64,000 nt of DNA from Harriotta raleighana (lineage: Eukaryota), in assembly GCA_050575255.1 (NCBI GenBank), contig JBNZDD010013724.1, positions 4,338,407-4,402,406 of the forward strand. The letters run 5' to 3'. Below the pieces are notes generated by a model. That model worked only from the letters and a program-made list of their open reading frames with translations. It was not told the origin of the DNA and made no database searches. The position numbers and the translations under genes are program-made. Position 1 is the first letter of the stretch. The number at the start of each line of letters is the position of its first letter. Of the stretch, positions 1 through 12,400 are shown piece after piece.

Positions 1-599
1 TTAAACCATACATCTTGCAGTTTTCGCTCTCTGTATCTGAAATAGCTGCTTTGCTATATATATATATGAGCATAGCCAGCTGTTAAACAAAACAACCATA
101 CATGCTCCCTTCTCATTTTTTGTAAACAAAGTGACTTTATACTTACAAAATCATAAGATGTAGAGAAAAGCATAAAACAAGGATTAATAAGTCCGATATT
201 CAAGAGAGATGAGTTATGAAAAATCACTGGAGGCCTGGAATTCCATTTAATCTTACCCTGTAAAACCACACTACTTATTATTTTAGGCTTGTGTAGTTGA
301 CAAAAATGTTAATTGATAAAAAAAAATTTGAAAAGTCTTCCAAAGTAACATTGAAGATTTAAGAATTCCCACAAATCTGCACAATCTTGAATTTTAAAAC
401 AACATGGTCTTTACAATATTCTAAAACCAACTTGTTCTTAAGATTAACATAATAAATCACAGAATTTTTTTTTAGAATGGTTTATAATGCATGGTGTTCA
501 AGAAGACAGAAATAATACATCCATAAAAATTATTTCAGACAATCCGGCAGTGTAGTAATTGAAGACATAAGCTCTGGGTTGTGACGTGCAAGTTCAGGA

Positions 600-780
600 C
601 AGATAATATGGAGTACGTGTTTGCAAAGAATGTAACCAGCTACTGAATGGAGTGAGATACCAGGATGGCAGGAAAAATGCTAAGGTTAGTATTCTGGAAA
701 GATGAGCTTGATTAGGCCTAAGGACCTTCTTCACCTGAACCTTTCTTGTGATCTCTTGTGAAGATAAGGAAATCTTGTGA
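600..780 (+). mobile_element. Degenerate CR1-type LINE 3' end
   Basis: gatgagcttgattaggcctaaggaccttcttcacctgaacctttcttgtgatctcttgtga resembles 49550-49608 and 34950-35005, including the (CTTGTGAT)n-like tail. Confidence 0.45.
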
Positions 781-1759
781 ACAGTCATGGGGAATGATCC
801 ATGACATTCAACAGCAATGTAAAACCATGAGGTGACATCAAAATATTGAAAAGAATCCACTGTAGTGAATAAAAACCGAACATTGATATAGACCCAGTGA
901 TGTACGTACATATATATTGAGTCTATTATTTTGGGGATATAATTCAAATGTTTTTTGTTCGGTGGGCATTGTGTACACGATCATCAATTTAACAATGTCG
1001 AACATGAGAAAAAAATATAAGCAAACATGCAAATGAAAGAGCCATTCATCTCTGTTTTGAACTTGAGTGTTATGCCCTTCACTCAGGCAAGCTAGAAATA
1101 CACAACATCTGGCAGGATAGTCTTCAGTTTTTAGGTTGAATTGTCGATTGTCAAATTTTAGGCTTGAATTCAACAGACCTGTAAATGCCAAGTTGCTTGA
1201 GTCTTTATATCAGAATAGAGCTCACTCATGAGGGTTTTCTGATTGCTCCCTTCTTTGCATCTTTAGGTAAGATCAATCCCTCAAAATAGTGTATCTTAAC
1301 TATTTTGGGGACTTAATGCATTTATTGAAAAATTTAACCAAAGGTTCACAGGTCCCTAATTTACTTTTATTTTAAATGGATTTTTATTCAATGGATTAAT
1401 CACCTGTATGTATGTTAATGATACAAAAAAAATTAAGTACAATGTGAGATATATATTAAGATGTCATTGCTTCTTGCTCTATTTTAATATTTGTTAAGGA
1501 AACAGATTTTCCTCCCATTGTTTCTTCCCAACGTTGTCAATGAAAGCAAGATAAAGCAAAAAAAATAAAAGAGTAAGAAGATCTACTGATGATTAGCTCA
1601 GATCTTCAAATATGTAAACTAGCAGAAAGACAAAGACAAATATCCCCTTTCATCCTTAACAATAATTTCATGGATTTGTTTGGTTTAACATCAAATCAAA
1701 TATATTTCTTGAACAAGCTTGCTGAATAAGAGTATGTTTTGATTTATACACCTTCTATA

Positions 1760-2420
1760 CAACAATAACATCACATTTGTTTAGCACCTTTCACGTAAGG
1801 AGGACGTCCCAAGGCGCTGGACAGTTACTGCTTCAGACCCGAGCTGAGGATGGGGGTAGGGAAGAGGGGATAAGGAGTTTCCAATGGGTCTATTTGAAGA
1901 AGAGTCTTGAGGCAAGACTTGCAGGAGGCGAGGGAGGGAGCGAGGCGGGGCAACTTTGGAATGGAGTTCCAGAGGTTGGGAGCAGAATGGCTGAAGGCTC
2001 ACCCGCCAATGGTTGGTCGGGTGGGTTGGGGGACATGGAGCAGGCCAGATGTCTGATGAGGGGAGGAGACGCGCAGGTTGGTAAGGCGATAGGAAGTCAC
2101 GGATGTAGGGTGTGGTGAGGTTGAGGAGGGCTTTAAATGTGAGGACCAGGATCTTGAATTGGATCCCCTGGATGATGGGGAGCCAATGGAGTCGGGCAAG
2201 GATGGGGGAGGTGGCATCACGGAGTTTGGAACTGTAAAGAACACGGGCCGCAGAGTTCTGGATTATCTGCAGCCTGTGGAGGGAGGAATTGGGAAGGCCA
2301 ACCAGCAAGGCATTTGCATAACGATTGTATGTAATGAAGGCATGGATGAGGGTTTCAGCAGCTTTGAGGGGTGAGGTATTGGAGGAATCGGGAAATGTTG
2401 TGGAGGTGGGGAAAGACATA
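1760..2420 (-). mobile_element. 5'-truncated L2 (LINE2) element
   Basis: ORF 1781-2434 contains AAETLIHAFIT..NALLVGLP..LQIIQNSAAR..LHWLPI..FKILVLTFKAL, the typical L2 ORF2 C-terminus. It has the L2 3' hairpin and a (TTG)n-type tail. Confidence 0.9.
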
Positions 2421-2799
2421 ATGGGTAATAACATAAAAAATAGAGTTCATGGCAGATTTCTAATTTCTCCAAAATGTCCAGTTGCAATGGTGGAGAGATA
2501 TTATCAAGATTTCACATTTTGAGCTTCAAGAAACTGGTCTGAATTTAAGTGGATCAGTCTTAAACTCATTTACTAGTGATGTGGTAATGTTCTGATAGCA
2601 GTGATGCTAGCTTCTATTGCTGTAAAACATACCCCAGCAATCTACTAGATATCTCTAATCCTGCTTACAACAATTAAGAACACTATTGGTTTTCAAAGGT
2701 TAAAAAAGAAACACAATCAAACCCAAATTCAGATTTTTTAGTTTGTTTTTCGTTCTCCTTCATTCCAACAGCAGAAATTAAAAGATGAGTATCATAACA

Positions 2800-3591
2800 C
2801 AGTAAAACCTCATTTATCTGGCACCCACGGGATCTGGCTAATGGCGGTTAAACGTTTTTCTGGTTGAACAGATTTTTAAAAAATTTAAATAATTTTTTTT
2901 AAACACATATTGTATTAATAATAGTCTAAATAACAACAGAATATTGTATTAGTACTTCTATTTATACTTAACTTTGCAATCGCAGTCCTTAAATTGACCA
3001 AAGTAGCAACTTTTGAGTTTTAATAGCTTAGATAAGCATCACTATGCGTGAGTTTCCATTAACAAATACAAACGACCTAGGTAANNNNNNNNNNNNNNNN
3101 NNNNNNNNNNNNNNNNNNNNNNNNNNNNNNNNNNNNNNNNNNNNNNNNNNNNNNNNNNNNNNNNNNNNNNNNNNNNNNNNNNNNNNNNNNNNNNNNNNNN
3201 NNNNNNNNNNNNNNNNNNNNNNNTGTGTGTGTCTCTATCTCTCTGTGTTTCCATTCCTCTCTGAATCTGAGTGTGTGTGTCTCTCTCTCTCTTTTTCTGT
3301 GTCTCTGTGTGTGTGTGTGTCTCTATGTGTGGTCTGTCTCTTTATCTGTGTGTGGGTGAACCTCTCTGTGTGTCTCAATAAAAATGTAAAAATGGCTGCT
3401 GCCCAGGGCTCTGAGAGTCTCACCAGTTTAGACACAACTAGTACTGCACTCGCTTGCAATAGTCCATTCATTAAACGCGTCATCACTTTTTGCCGGATAA
3501 TTTACGGTTAATCGAATCAGGACTTTTTTTTTAGGTGGCGGTTGAACGGGTTTTCCGGTTCATCAAGTCACGGATAAACAAGGTTTTACTG
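2800..3591. mobile_element. Non-autonomous Tc1/mariner (Tigger/pogo-like) DNA element, long subfamily
   Basis: TIRs cagtaaaacctcatttatc ... gataaacaaggttttactg with TA at the right flank. Internal (CT/GT)n tract and an N gap. Confidence 0.8.
3085..3223. other. Assembly gap (N run)
   Basis: Run of Ns next to a GT/CT microsatellite. Confidence 1.
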
Positions 3592-3619
3592 TAGATACAC
3601 AGACTTCATCAGATATGAA

Positions 3620-3770
3620 CACACGTTTCGCCCACAAATATACAGTCAATTTTTCCTACTCCTTTCCCTGAACCCTCCCCCCCTATTTGGCTGTACAGCG
3701 CTTTGGGACGTCCTCCTGACGTGAAAGGCGCTTTATAAATAAAATTTTGATTGATTGAATTTTGATTGAT
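3620..3770 (+). mobile_element. SINE fragment, L2-tail-swapped subfamily
   Basis: Deu-like gtttcgcccacaaatatacagtcaatt is followed by a pyrimidine-rich L2 3'UTR, the hairpin and (ATTG)n. Confidence 0.7.
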
Positions 3771-5094
3771 GTAAATTTAGTTGGAAAGCCAATTTGCCTC
3801 AACATACTTGCTTCTAAATCAAAAGCTTGTGGGTACAAGATCTCTTCCAGGGTTTGACCTCACAATATAGACCTGACGCTTCAGTGCATTTAAGAAGAAA
3901 TACTGTATTGTTGAATGAGAAGTTAACTGACATTTGGGTGATGGTCCAGATAGATATTAAGAGACCCCTTGGCAATATTTTTAGAAATGCAAGGAAACTC
4001 TCTTGAAGTCCAAGCCAATATTCCTCCATCATTCAATGTCAGCATAATATATGAATCGGTCACTCATCTCTCTCTTAATGCAGAATATTGCTGGTGCATC
4101 CTAAGATCTAAAGTGTTAAATATGATTAGCTATCCAGGTGAATAATGAAACAATGTAAAGATTGGCAGCCATTTGCTAGGGAATACAAAATTAAGCTATT
4201 CCCATTGCTCATGACATGTTTCTAGCTGAAACTCCACAATTTCTATGCAACGATCTTTAAAAACATGAAATACTTACATACATATCCCACACCTGCTCAG
4301 ATAATAGACTGTTTCACATTCAGTCAGCAAAGACAGTTTTGACAGTGAGATACTCTAGTGGACAGCTATGAAATTTAACGAAAGCAGAATTGTTACCACT
4401 AATATGGAGGTAATATGTTACAAAAAGTCAGTATTGCTTCAAACATCTAAAAATAATTATTACACTATTATTCTGGAATTGTCTATATTAATACCATTGA
4501 AAAAAGTATGTTTCTCCAAGCACTTGGAAAGATTTAATTTAAAAACATCAAAATGAAAACTTAAAAGCTTAATTGAATCACCTTACTCAGTCAAGACTAT
4601 TATTAATTCAATGGGAATGTTGGGCTGGTTGTCATCTCATACTTGAGAAAAATAGTGGATATTGATATAATTTGACCACTCCCAATCTCCAGAATTCAAT
4701 GTCATTTATTTTCTGAAACTCACTTCTGTATTTTATTTATATGGTACAACCTTAGGGAAGATTTAATTGTTACTATATTGTAAAGAATGTTCCACAGAAG
4801 ATTTCTGTGACTTGCATGTTCTTATCTTTCACCTTTTGTCCTTGAAATAATCTCCCTGCTGCTTGTAGCTGTTCACATCCCAATGTTTTTACATAACTAA
4901 ATTCACAATAAAATACTTTCCTGGATTGATTGATTTGTGTTATTTTGTCCGTTTTTCTGAATGTATGGTGGGGAGTAATAATAACAAATAAATAATCCTT
5001 ATAATTGATACCACCTTTCACCCAGAGAGGAAATATCAACTCACTTCACAGGAATTATTGTAAAGTGTACAATAATTTTTTGAAAACTTCAAGA

Positions 5095-5730
5095 TCCTCA
5101 CACTCGTGTTCAAATCCACTCACCCACTGGCAACTACCTACCTCTCTGACCTCCTTACTTCCCATTCCACCACTTGTCACCTCCACTCGAATGAAACTGG
5201 TATACTGCTCATCCCTCACACCCTCCAAGGGCCCTACCATCGTAGATCTCATGGGCACTTCTGGATTCATAAAATCCAGGATTTTCAAAATTCTGCTGCC
5301 CACATTCTCACCCAAACCAAACTTTGTTCCCTGATTACCCCATCCTTGCCAGACTTCACTGGCTTCCTGTCTCGAAGCGGATCAATTTCAAGATCCTCAC
5401 TCTTGTTTTCAAATCCCTCCACTCTTCTACACCCTCTTACCTCTCTGACCTCCTCTTTCCTCACAATAGTACCCGTTGCCTTCCCTCTACTGGGCCTGGC
5501 CTCCTCCTTGACCCTGAATACTCTGTTCCACCGTCAGCGGCCATGTCTTCAGCCACTACACCCTAAGGCTCTGGAACTCCTTTCCTCACTCCCTATGCCT
5601 CACCCACTATATTCAGGGCATGGCTAAAGGCCTTCCTTTTCGACCACCCTTTTGGTCACCGTTATTGGGAAGCGCTCTGAGATACCGTCTGGCATGGAGA
5701 GTTCTACATAAATCCAAGTTGTTGTTGCTG
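5095..5730 (+). mobile_element. L2 fragments (two tandem pieces ending in a 3' tail)
   Basis: ORF 5324-5566 reads PILARLHWLPVSKRINFKILTLVFKSLH. Tail gttgttgttg at about 5718. Confidence 0.85.
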
Positions 5731-5739
5731 TGTGAAGTG

Positions 5740-6155
5740 ACAATAACAACCACAGCAACAAAATTACATTTATAGAGTGCCTTGAATATAACAACAACAA
5801 CAAAATTACATTTGTATAATGTAATTTGTATGGTGCCTTTCACGTCACCAGGATGTCCCAAGGCACTGGACAGATTACTGCTTCAGACCTGAGCTAAGAA
5901 CGGGGGGGGTGGGGGAGTCGCCGATGGGACCATCGAAGAGGAGAGTCTTAAGGCGAGACTTATGACGACAACAACAACTACAAATTTGCATTTGTATAGC
6001 TCCTTTTATGTGGGGAAGGACGTGCCAGGGCATTGAACAGTGAGGGATCAGGACCTGAGAGTGGGGGGCAGAGTTGGGATGAGGGAAGGCAGAAGGGGTA
6101 GGTAGGCAGAAAGCAAGATCAAAAAGAAGTGTCTTGAGTTATGCCTTGAAGCAGG
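5740..6155 (-). mobile_element. Stack of short L2 3'-end fragments
   Basis: Repeated aacaacaacaaaattacattt units and cctttcacgtc..ggacgtcccaaggc hairpins. Confidence 0.8.
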
Positions 6156-7040
6156 AAATAAAATAGCTTGTTTCTGAGCTGTACTTTCTATAATTCTATG
6201 AATCTCTGTTGTATTATTTGTATTATAAAGTCAGATTTTAATTAATGATAAACACAAGGACATGTTTGCAAAACGTAACAATTGGAGAATAGAATGCAAT
6301 TTACGTAGAGTGAGTGGCTGGAGGAAATTAATCATCTTTGCTGTGTTGAACATTTTAGATTTGATCATAACCATTCTGAAAAATGTTTGAGTATCTAAAT
6401 GCTGTACTTATAATAAATAGAGTTTTGCAGCAAAATGTGCCTATTGTGTAAACAAAGTACACAAATTGTCGTGGATTGCATGCTGTTTCTCCAGTCTCAA
6501 TTAAGATAATCTGCACTGTTTGCATGAAATGGTTCAACCTTAAATAAGACTTAATTCAAACTAAATCTAAATTAATAGGCTTTTCACATCTTGGTTATTC
6601 CCCGTTAATGAGCCACTAATTTTGGTGTCTGTGTTACATCCGCAACAGGCCATCAATATGTAAATATTTTTAATCTGCAAAGCAAAATAAGTTTAGATTT
6701 AATTCTGCTTGATGTCATGACAACTTGAAGAGTTGGACAATTTCAAAGATTGTAATTGAGAAGTTTGCACAAATTTGCCAGGCATCCTGATGAAGAGGAA
6801 GAGTATGGTGTAGTTTAGCACAGAATGAGCCAAGTATATTTAAAATACAGGTGTGGAGCAATGCCACCTGGGACTAGACTTATTCTATTTTCATAGAATT
6901 TGAATACATCCAAAATTTGGCAATATAATACATACAATATTAATTTTGAAGCTGATTTCCTCTACTTTTTTTTCACACTAAAACTATGATTTTAAAGTTA
7001 AGGTTAAATTTGTCAATCTCAGCAGGTTATCTGAAAAGCT

Positions 7041-7480
7041 GGAATCCTATAGCGTAGTAGTTAGCGGGCTCGCCTTGCAATTGCTAGAACCCAGATTTGA
7101 TTCAATGATGGGGCTAAACTTTAAGCAGTTTTCTTACTCTACACATCTTTATTTACTTAACAATAACCAGAAACCCAGTTGATAGTCAATTGATGGATCG
7201 TTTCCAGGGATAATACAATAATAAAAACATTAATAAATTGGTCACTTCAATCTATGTCTGTTTGTGAGACACTGCTGTGTGCAATTGGCTGCTGTGTTTT
7301 GAAATGTCTAGAGGACGAGAAAAGCACTATATCAAATACAAGTATTATTATTATTATTATTACTATATTAGTCCAACCCCATTCCCAGTCAATCCACTTT
7401 ATAATATATTCTGTGAAGTGCTTTGAGATGTCTTAACAATGCAATAAGGAGCCATATCAAGTGCAAGGGTTATTATTATT
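7041..7480 (+). mobile_element. tRNA-derived SINE (main family) plus a second tail fragment
   Basis: tRNA-like head ggaatcctatagcgtagtagttagc, Deu-like tgtttgtgagacactgctgtgtgcaattggctgc, and an (ATT)n tail. Confidence 0.8.
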
Positions 7481-8201
7481 ATAAATTATGTTAATAGAGC
7501 AAATTTACATACCAGTGGAATTTCTCCCCGTTGTTTTATTTTGATGAGATTTTTAAATGCAGGGAATGGGTATGTTGTGCATTTTTAGTCAGAGTTCATT
7601 GGTATGATCCTGTCAAGCACCATGGGATATGTTATAACACTGCTGTTCAAGTTTTAAATTTGAAAACACTGAATTAATCATTGCCAGAAAATTATAAGCG
7701 TCACATACTTGCTCTTCAAAATCAACCCACTTTTGCCTTTAATCGGTTTTATATTTTCCACCTTCTTTAAATTTCTAGCATGTTTTGACTTTCATGAGGA
7801 AATGAACAAGGTGATGGCTGCAAATAAAAATGTGTTAAATCAATCTCATTTTAATTCTTCAGTCAGCAAGCATCATGAGTTGACGAGAATCAAGTATGCT
7901 TTGATGAGTCTGTTATGGACTGTTATGGAAATTTAAATTAACCATGCAACTTAACATTTAAAAAGACTTTAATGGAGCTAGTTAACTCAATAATTGTAAG
8001 TGTACAGTCACTTAATCTCTTTAACTCTGAGAATCACAAATAATGAATGTGAGCTAGGCAGGCAATATTACAATGGCAGAAGTCGGTTAGTTGCTCTGCA
8101 AATTTAATTGACATGCTGCAAATGCATTTCTGCGGACAATAACGTGCTGCCTTAATTGTATATTGGTCTTTTATTTAGTACTATGCAGTAATTTTCAAAC
8201 A

Positions 8202-8520
8202 AATAATAATAATAATCCTTGCATTTGATATAGTGCTTTTCACATCTTATCGACGTCCCAAAGCGCTTCACAGAATATACTGTAAAGTGAATTGACTGTA
8301 TATTGTGGGCGGAACGCGGCAGCCAATTGCACACAGCAGTGTCCCACAAACAGTCATGGATTGAAATGACCGATTTTATTATTGTGGTTTTTTTGGAGGG
8401 ATTATTATTAGGTATGTGGAGTAAGGAAACTTGCCCAAGGTTTCGCCCTGATCTGCCTGGATTTGAACACAGGTCTCATGCTTGTAAGGCGAGTGCTCTA
8501 ACCACTAAGCCGTAGGAGCC
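8202..8520 (-). mobile_element. Full-length tRNA-derived SINE (main family, SINE2-1_CM-like)
   Basis: Reverse complement shows an A/B-box head, the Deu-like core, an L2-like tail and (ATT)n. Confidence 0.88.
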
Positions 8521-8809
8521 AAATTGTTCTGGTAGCCCAAAATCTTTTGTATCTCAAGGAACTAAGACACAGCACCAAACTCCTTTGATGAATATTAATG
8601 TGCTTTGATTATTTTAACTTTCAGTTTCATCTCTTTCATTGTACAAACGTGTTGCACCCCTTTTCTACGGAACTATGCTTCCCTTTGTTCCCTTTAACCA
8701 CAAAAGCAACAGGAAGACTTTGAAAGGAATTATCAATGATTGGCTAAAGTACACTTTGAGCTAATTAGAGACTTGGGTCTAACTTCTCAGCAAGAACTAA
8801 GCTTTAAAA

Positions 8810-8990
8810 TTTGACTATGCTAACTCTCTGGCCTTCCCGACTCCTCCCTCCACAGACTGCAGATTATTCAGAACTCTGCAGCTCATGTCCTCTCTCAGAC
8901 AAAGCTCCATGAGCCATTTACCCCATCCTTGTCCGGGTTCACTGGTTCCCCATCCCAGAGGATTGAGTTGAAGATCCTCATTCTCAACTT
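8810..8990 (+). mobile_element. L2 ORF2 fragment
   Basis: ggccttcccgactcctccctccacagactgcagattattcagaactctgcagct encodes GLPDSSLHRLQIIQNSAA. Confidence 0.8.
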
Positions 8991-9149
8991 GGTTCTAATT
9001 TTGTTGATGTTGTTATTCTTATCGTACTGTAACACCTAACCATAGCAGAAATAAATGGACCATCAGGGAAAATTTCTGTAAAAATGATTGCTGTCCATTG
9101 TGCAGTCCTCTGTACATATCCTCACTGACTAAGTCACCTAGGACTAAGC

Positions 9150-9429
9150 CAAGATTTTGCAATAAATGTCTCAGCATTTGTCTTGTCTTATTAATGATGT
9201 CAACCACATCAACACTGTGAATCCCATCAACCAAAAAAAATGTGGACCACTATAAACACAAGGTGAATGAATCCATACATTTCNCAAGATTTTGCAATAA
9301 ATGTCTCAGCATTTGTCTTGTCTTATTAATGATGCCAACCACATCAACAACTATAGTACCACTGTGAATCCCATCAACCGAAAAAAATGTGGACCACTAT
9401 AAACACAAGGTGAATGAATCCATACATTT
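9150..9429. repeat. Tandem duplication across a single N (probable assembly or haplotype overlap)
   Basis: 9150-9282 is repeated at 9285-9429 with a small insertion. N at 9284. Confidence 0.85.
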
Positions 9430-9519
9430 AATTACTGTATTAGGATATTAAAAATACACATTTTGAAAATAAATACATCTATTACAGTCAATCTGCTGAT
9501 TTTAAATCATAATTTAAAA

Positions 9520-9640
9520 AATAATAATAACTGCATTTGATACAGTGCCTTATCATGTCTTTGATATGCCTCAAAGAGCTTCACAGAATGTATTGTAAAG
9601 TAAATTGGCTGTATATTTTGTGGGTAAAATGTGACAGCCT
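9520..9640 (-). mobile_element. SINE 3' fragment
   Basis: aataataactgcatttgatacagtgccttatcatgtc...cttcacagaat. Confidence 0.7.
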
Positions 9641-10492
9641 ATTCCCAAGATATTCTCTTAATTTAAACGGCATTCAAAACCTCTTTGAGTATTGTGCTTT
9701 TCAAAGTTGATCTGAGACTTTGGACTTGAACATCATTTGGTTTTGGATTGTGCTGTTGAATCACAATTCCTATTTCAATTACATTGTTAAAATTTCCCCA
9801 AACTACCCCACCAAAAATAATGCTGTAATTCTGACGGATCTTTCCAAAAGTTTTTACTCCACTTCATTGTACAAAGAGATTCATGTGCATTACCAAACAT
9901 ATACACTGGGGCATGCACACATAATTCCACCTAAAGAAGTGTTACTTTGCTGTGACTACATTGATGGACTACTGTATTTGGTTACAAAGGATTATCAGAA
10001 CGCCTCATTATATCTGTTACCACAGTTTTGAACCAACTATCCTTGTTGTGCTCAGTATTCATGAGAGTACCTCGATGGTGCATGTAAAGTGTGTTTTAAT
10101 GCTGCGGGTTGAATTACCTCTGTATTATTATTGGATACTATTGATTTAGGACTTAATTGTATATTTTATGTCATAATTGTAATATTTGTGAAATTGTCTT
10201 TATAACATCTTTCATTCATGTATTCAACAATGTATTTTATTATCATTGGTACTGTTATTAATAATAATTATTATATTAACCTATGGATATGTTCACCTAA
10301 TTCAAACAAAGATTCAAAATCACTAATATTTAAAAGGCATAAGAATATAGGAGACCTCAAAATGCCCTTCAGTCCACAAAGGTTCACGTCTCCCCTCAAA
10401 GTTGATCTCAGTCATTGTACTTCAAAACCACAATTTGGTTTTAGATTGAGCTGCTCAATCCCAATTCATACGTCACTTGTCCTCGCAAAAGT

Positions 10493-10768
10493 GGAGTCCA
10501 GTAGCTCAGTGGTTAGAGCACTCGCATTGCAAGCGAGAGACCTGGGTTGAATTCTAGGCAGGGCGAAACCTTGGGTAACTTTCCTTACTCCACACCCTAA
10601 TAATTCCTCCAAAAAATAACAATAAGAAATTGGTCATTTTCAATCCACGACTGTTTGTGGGACACTGCCGTGCATAATTAGCTGTGGTGTTTCGCCCACA
10701 AATATGAAGCGCTTTGAGATGCCTGGAGGACGTAAAAAGCGCTATATCAAATGCAAGCATTATTTTTA
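10493..10768 (+). mobile_element. tRNA-derived SINE (main family)
   Basis: Head ggagtccagtagctcagtggttagagcactcgcattgcaagcgagagacctgggttg, Deu-like core, and tail aaagcgctatatcaaatgcaag. Confidence 0.88.
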
Positions 10769-11459
10769 TTGAAAGTACAGGATAAGTAGAGATATGCATT
10801 ATCAAGACTATCTTCACAATTGATCCCATTTGCAACCACCATTTGCTGTTTCAATCCCAATATATTTTTTTATTATAAATTTCTGATTTGAATAGAATAC
10901 AGTATTTTATGTGTCTGGTGACGAATATAAAACTGCACATTGTCTCCAAGATATGCTTCATATCAATGGAATAAAATAGCAGAACATTTTGTCTTAGGCT
11001 TATGTAAATGCTTGTTCAATGCTATTCCTATGGGGAAACAAATCTCAACACTTGACCTTTTATGATCTTTTCAGAAGTAATAAGTGTAACGAAAGATCTT
11101 TGCACCACGCTGAAGGCAGATGTCTGCCAGATAGCTGATGAGGAAATTCAGGCTTCAGATGACAGCTGCAGGAAGGGTTTAACTGAAGTCCCAGTTCATG
11201 AACACATGTTCGTTCATACGTCCAGCGTCTGAAATGCACCTTGATTGTCCTGCAGAAAAGCAAGCAGCTGTTGCTTAAACTCTGCACCTCAAACTGGTGG
11301 AACATCGTTTAATGGGAAGGGAAGTGTGTCTGAGCTACAGACGGAAGAGAGTGGAAGGCAGGTTTATATGTCCTCCGCTACCTCTTCCATAACTCCATAG
11401 GCCCTGATTTTAGCCATGAGCCTCTAATGTGGCCCCATATCAAAAATCTTCTAGGAAAT

Positions 11460-11830
11460 CAATAAATACCACATCCACTGCATTTTCTTTATCTACTTTA
11501 TCTGTTTCTTCAAAAAAATTCGATACGGTTAGTCAAGAGTGACCTTCCTTTCATAAATCCATACTCGTTGTTTGTGATTATATTTTCCCTCTTGAGATAT
11601 TTAGTTATTTCATCTTTTATTGTAGACTCCAATCCTTTCCTCACCACAGACAATCAGCTAATGTAGTTTTTGACTGCACTTTTTTTTTTTAAAAAGTGTT
11701 CCATTTGCTGCTCTATTCTCTGTTCCAAATTTCTTCTCTACAGAATGCTTAAATAAAAATGCTTGTGCCTCAGTTATCTCCTTCCTAGTTTCTTTAAGAC
11801 TTTGCGCCCATCTGGACTTGGTGGATTGCC
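11460..11830 (-). mobile_element. Degenerate CR1 reverse-transcriptase fragment
   Basis: Minus strand reads, with frameshifts, ...LKETRKEI...LESTIKDEITKYL...YGFMKGRS.LTN.IEFFEE...AVDVVFID, the CR1 RT N-terminal motifs. Confidence 0.8.
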
Positions 11831-12189
11831 CTCCAAATTTGGCAAATTTATCAACTACTTCCTTTCTTTGGTGGTTAATATATATATTGACATTTACAGC
11901 TGTGAATTTATAATGCCAAATGCATTCAAATCCCAAGGCAGTATAATTTACTGTTAGGTAAATAACACATACAAATTAATAGACATATGCTATTGAAAAA
12001 TCAATGGAAAATATGTTTCAGGCGCAGGTTGTGATCTCTTAACAGACATTTGCTTGGTCAAATGAAGATTTAATTAACCATTAATTAACCATTAATACTT
12101 ACAAGAACCGGCATGAGGAATTAGTTAATTCTAACATAAATAAACTCAGCTTTGTAACTTACTTTTAATGTAATGAGGATATAAATCTG

Positions 12190-12400
12190 ATATCAATCAA
12201 TTAAAATTACATTTCTAGTGCCTTTCATGTCGAGAGGACGTCTCACGGTGCCTTACAGTCAACTAGGGATCAGAGCGGGTGGGGGGGAAGGGGTCGGAGG
12301 AAGGAAAGTAGGAAAAAATTGACTGTATATTTGTGGGCGAAATGCGACAGCCAAATTGTGTCCCACAAACAGCAGTGTCCCACAAACAGTCATTGAATTA
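12190..12400 (-). mobile_element. SINE fragment, L2-tail-swapped subfamily
   Basis: Reverse complement of the 3620-3770 / 46765-46938 structure. Confidence 0.72.

Noticed and set aside
1236-1272. Strong recursive-splice-like site ttctttgcatctttAG|GTAAGA
   Set aside because: It is on the plus strand, antisense to PCDH7, and there is no evidence of a plus-strand transcript.
5740-6000. Regularly recurring aacaacaacaaaattacattt units, superficially CRISPR-like
   Set aside because: This is vertebrate DNA. The units are L2 3' tails with irregular spacing, and there are no cas genes.
9150-9429. Tandem duplication of ~135 bp
   Set aside because: The copies are separated by a single N and differ by a small indel and SNPs, typical of unmerged contig ends or haplotypes.
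10493-10565. tRNA-like sequences (also 29231, 34244, 43394, 55802)
   Set aside because: These are SINE heads continuing into the SINE body, with no proper acceptor stem or Pol III terminator. They are not tRNA genes.
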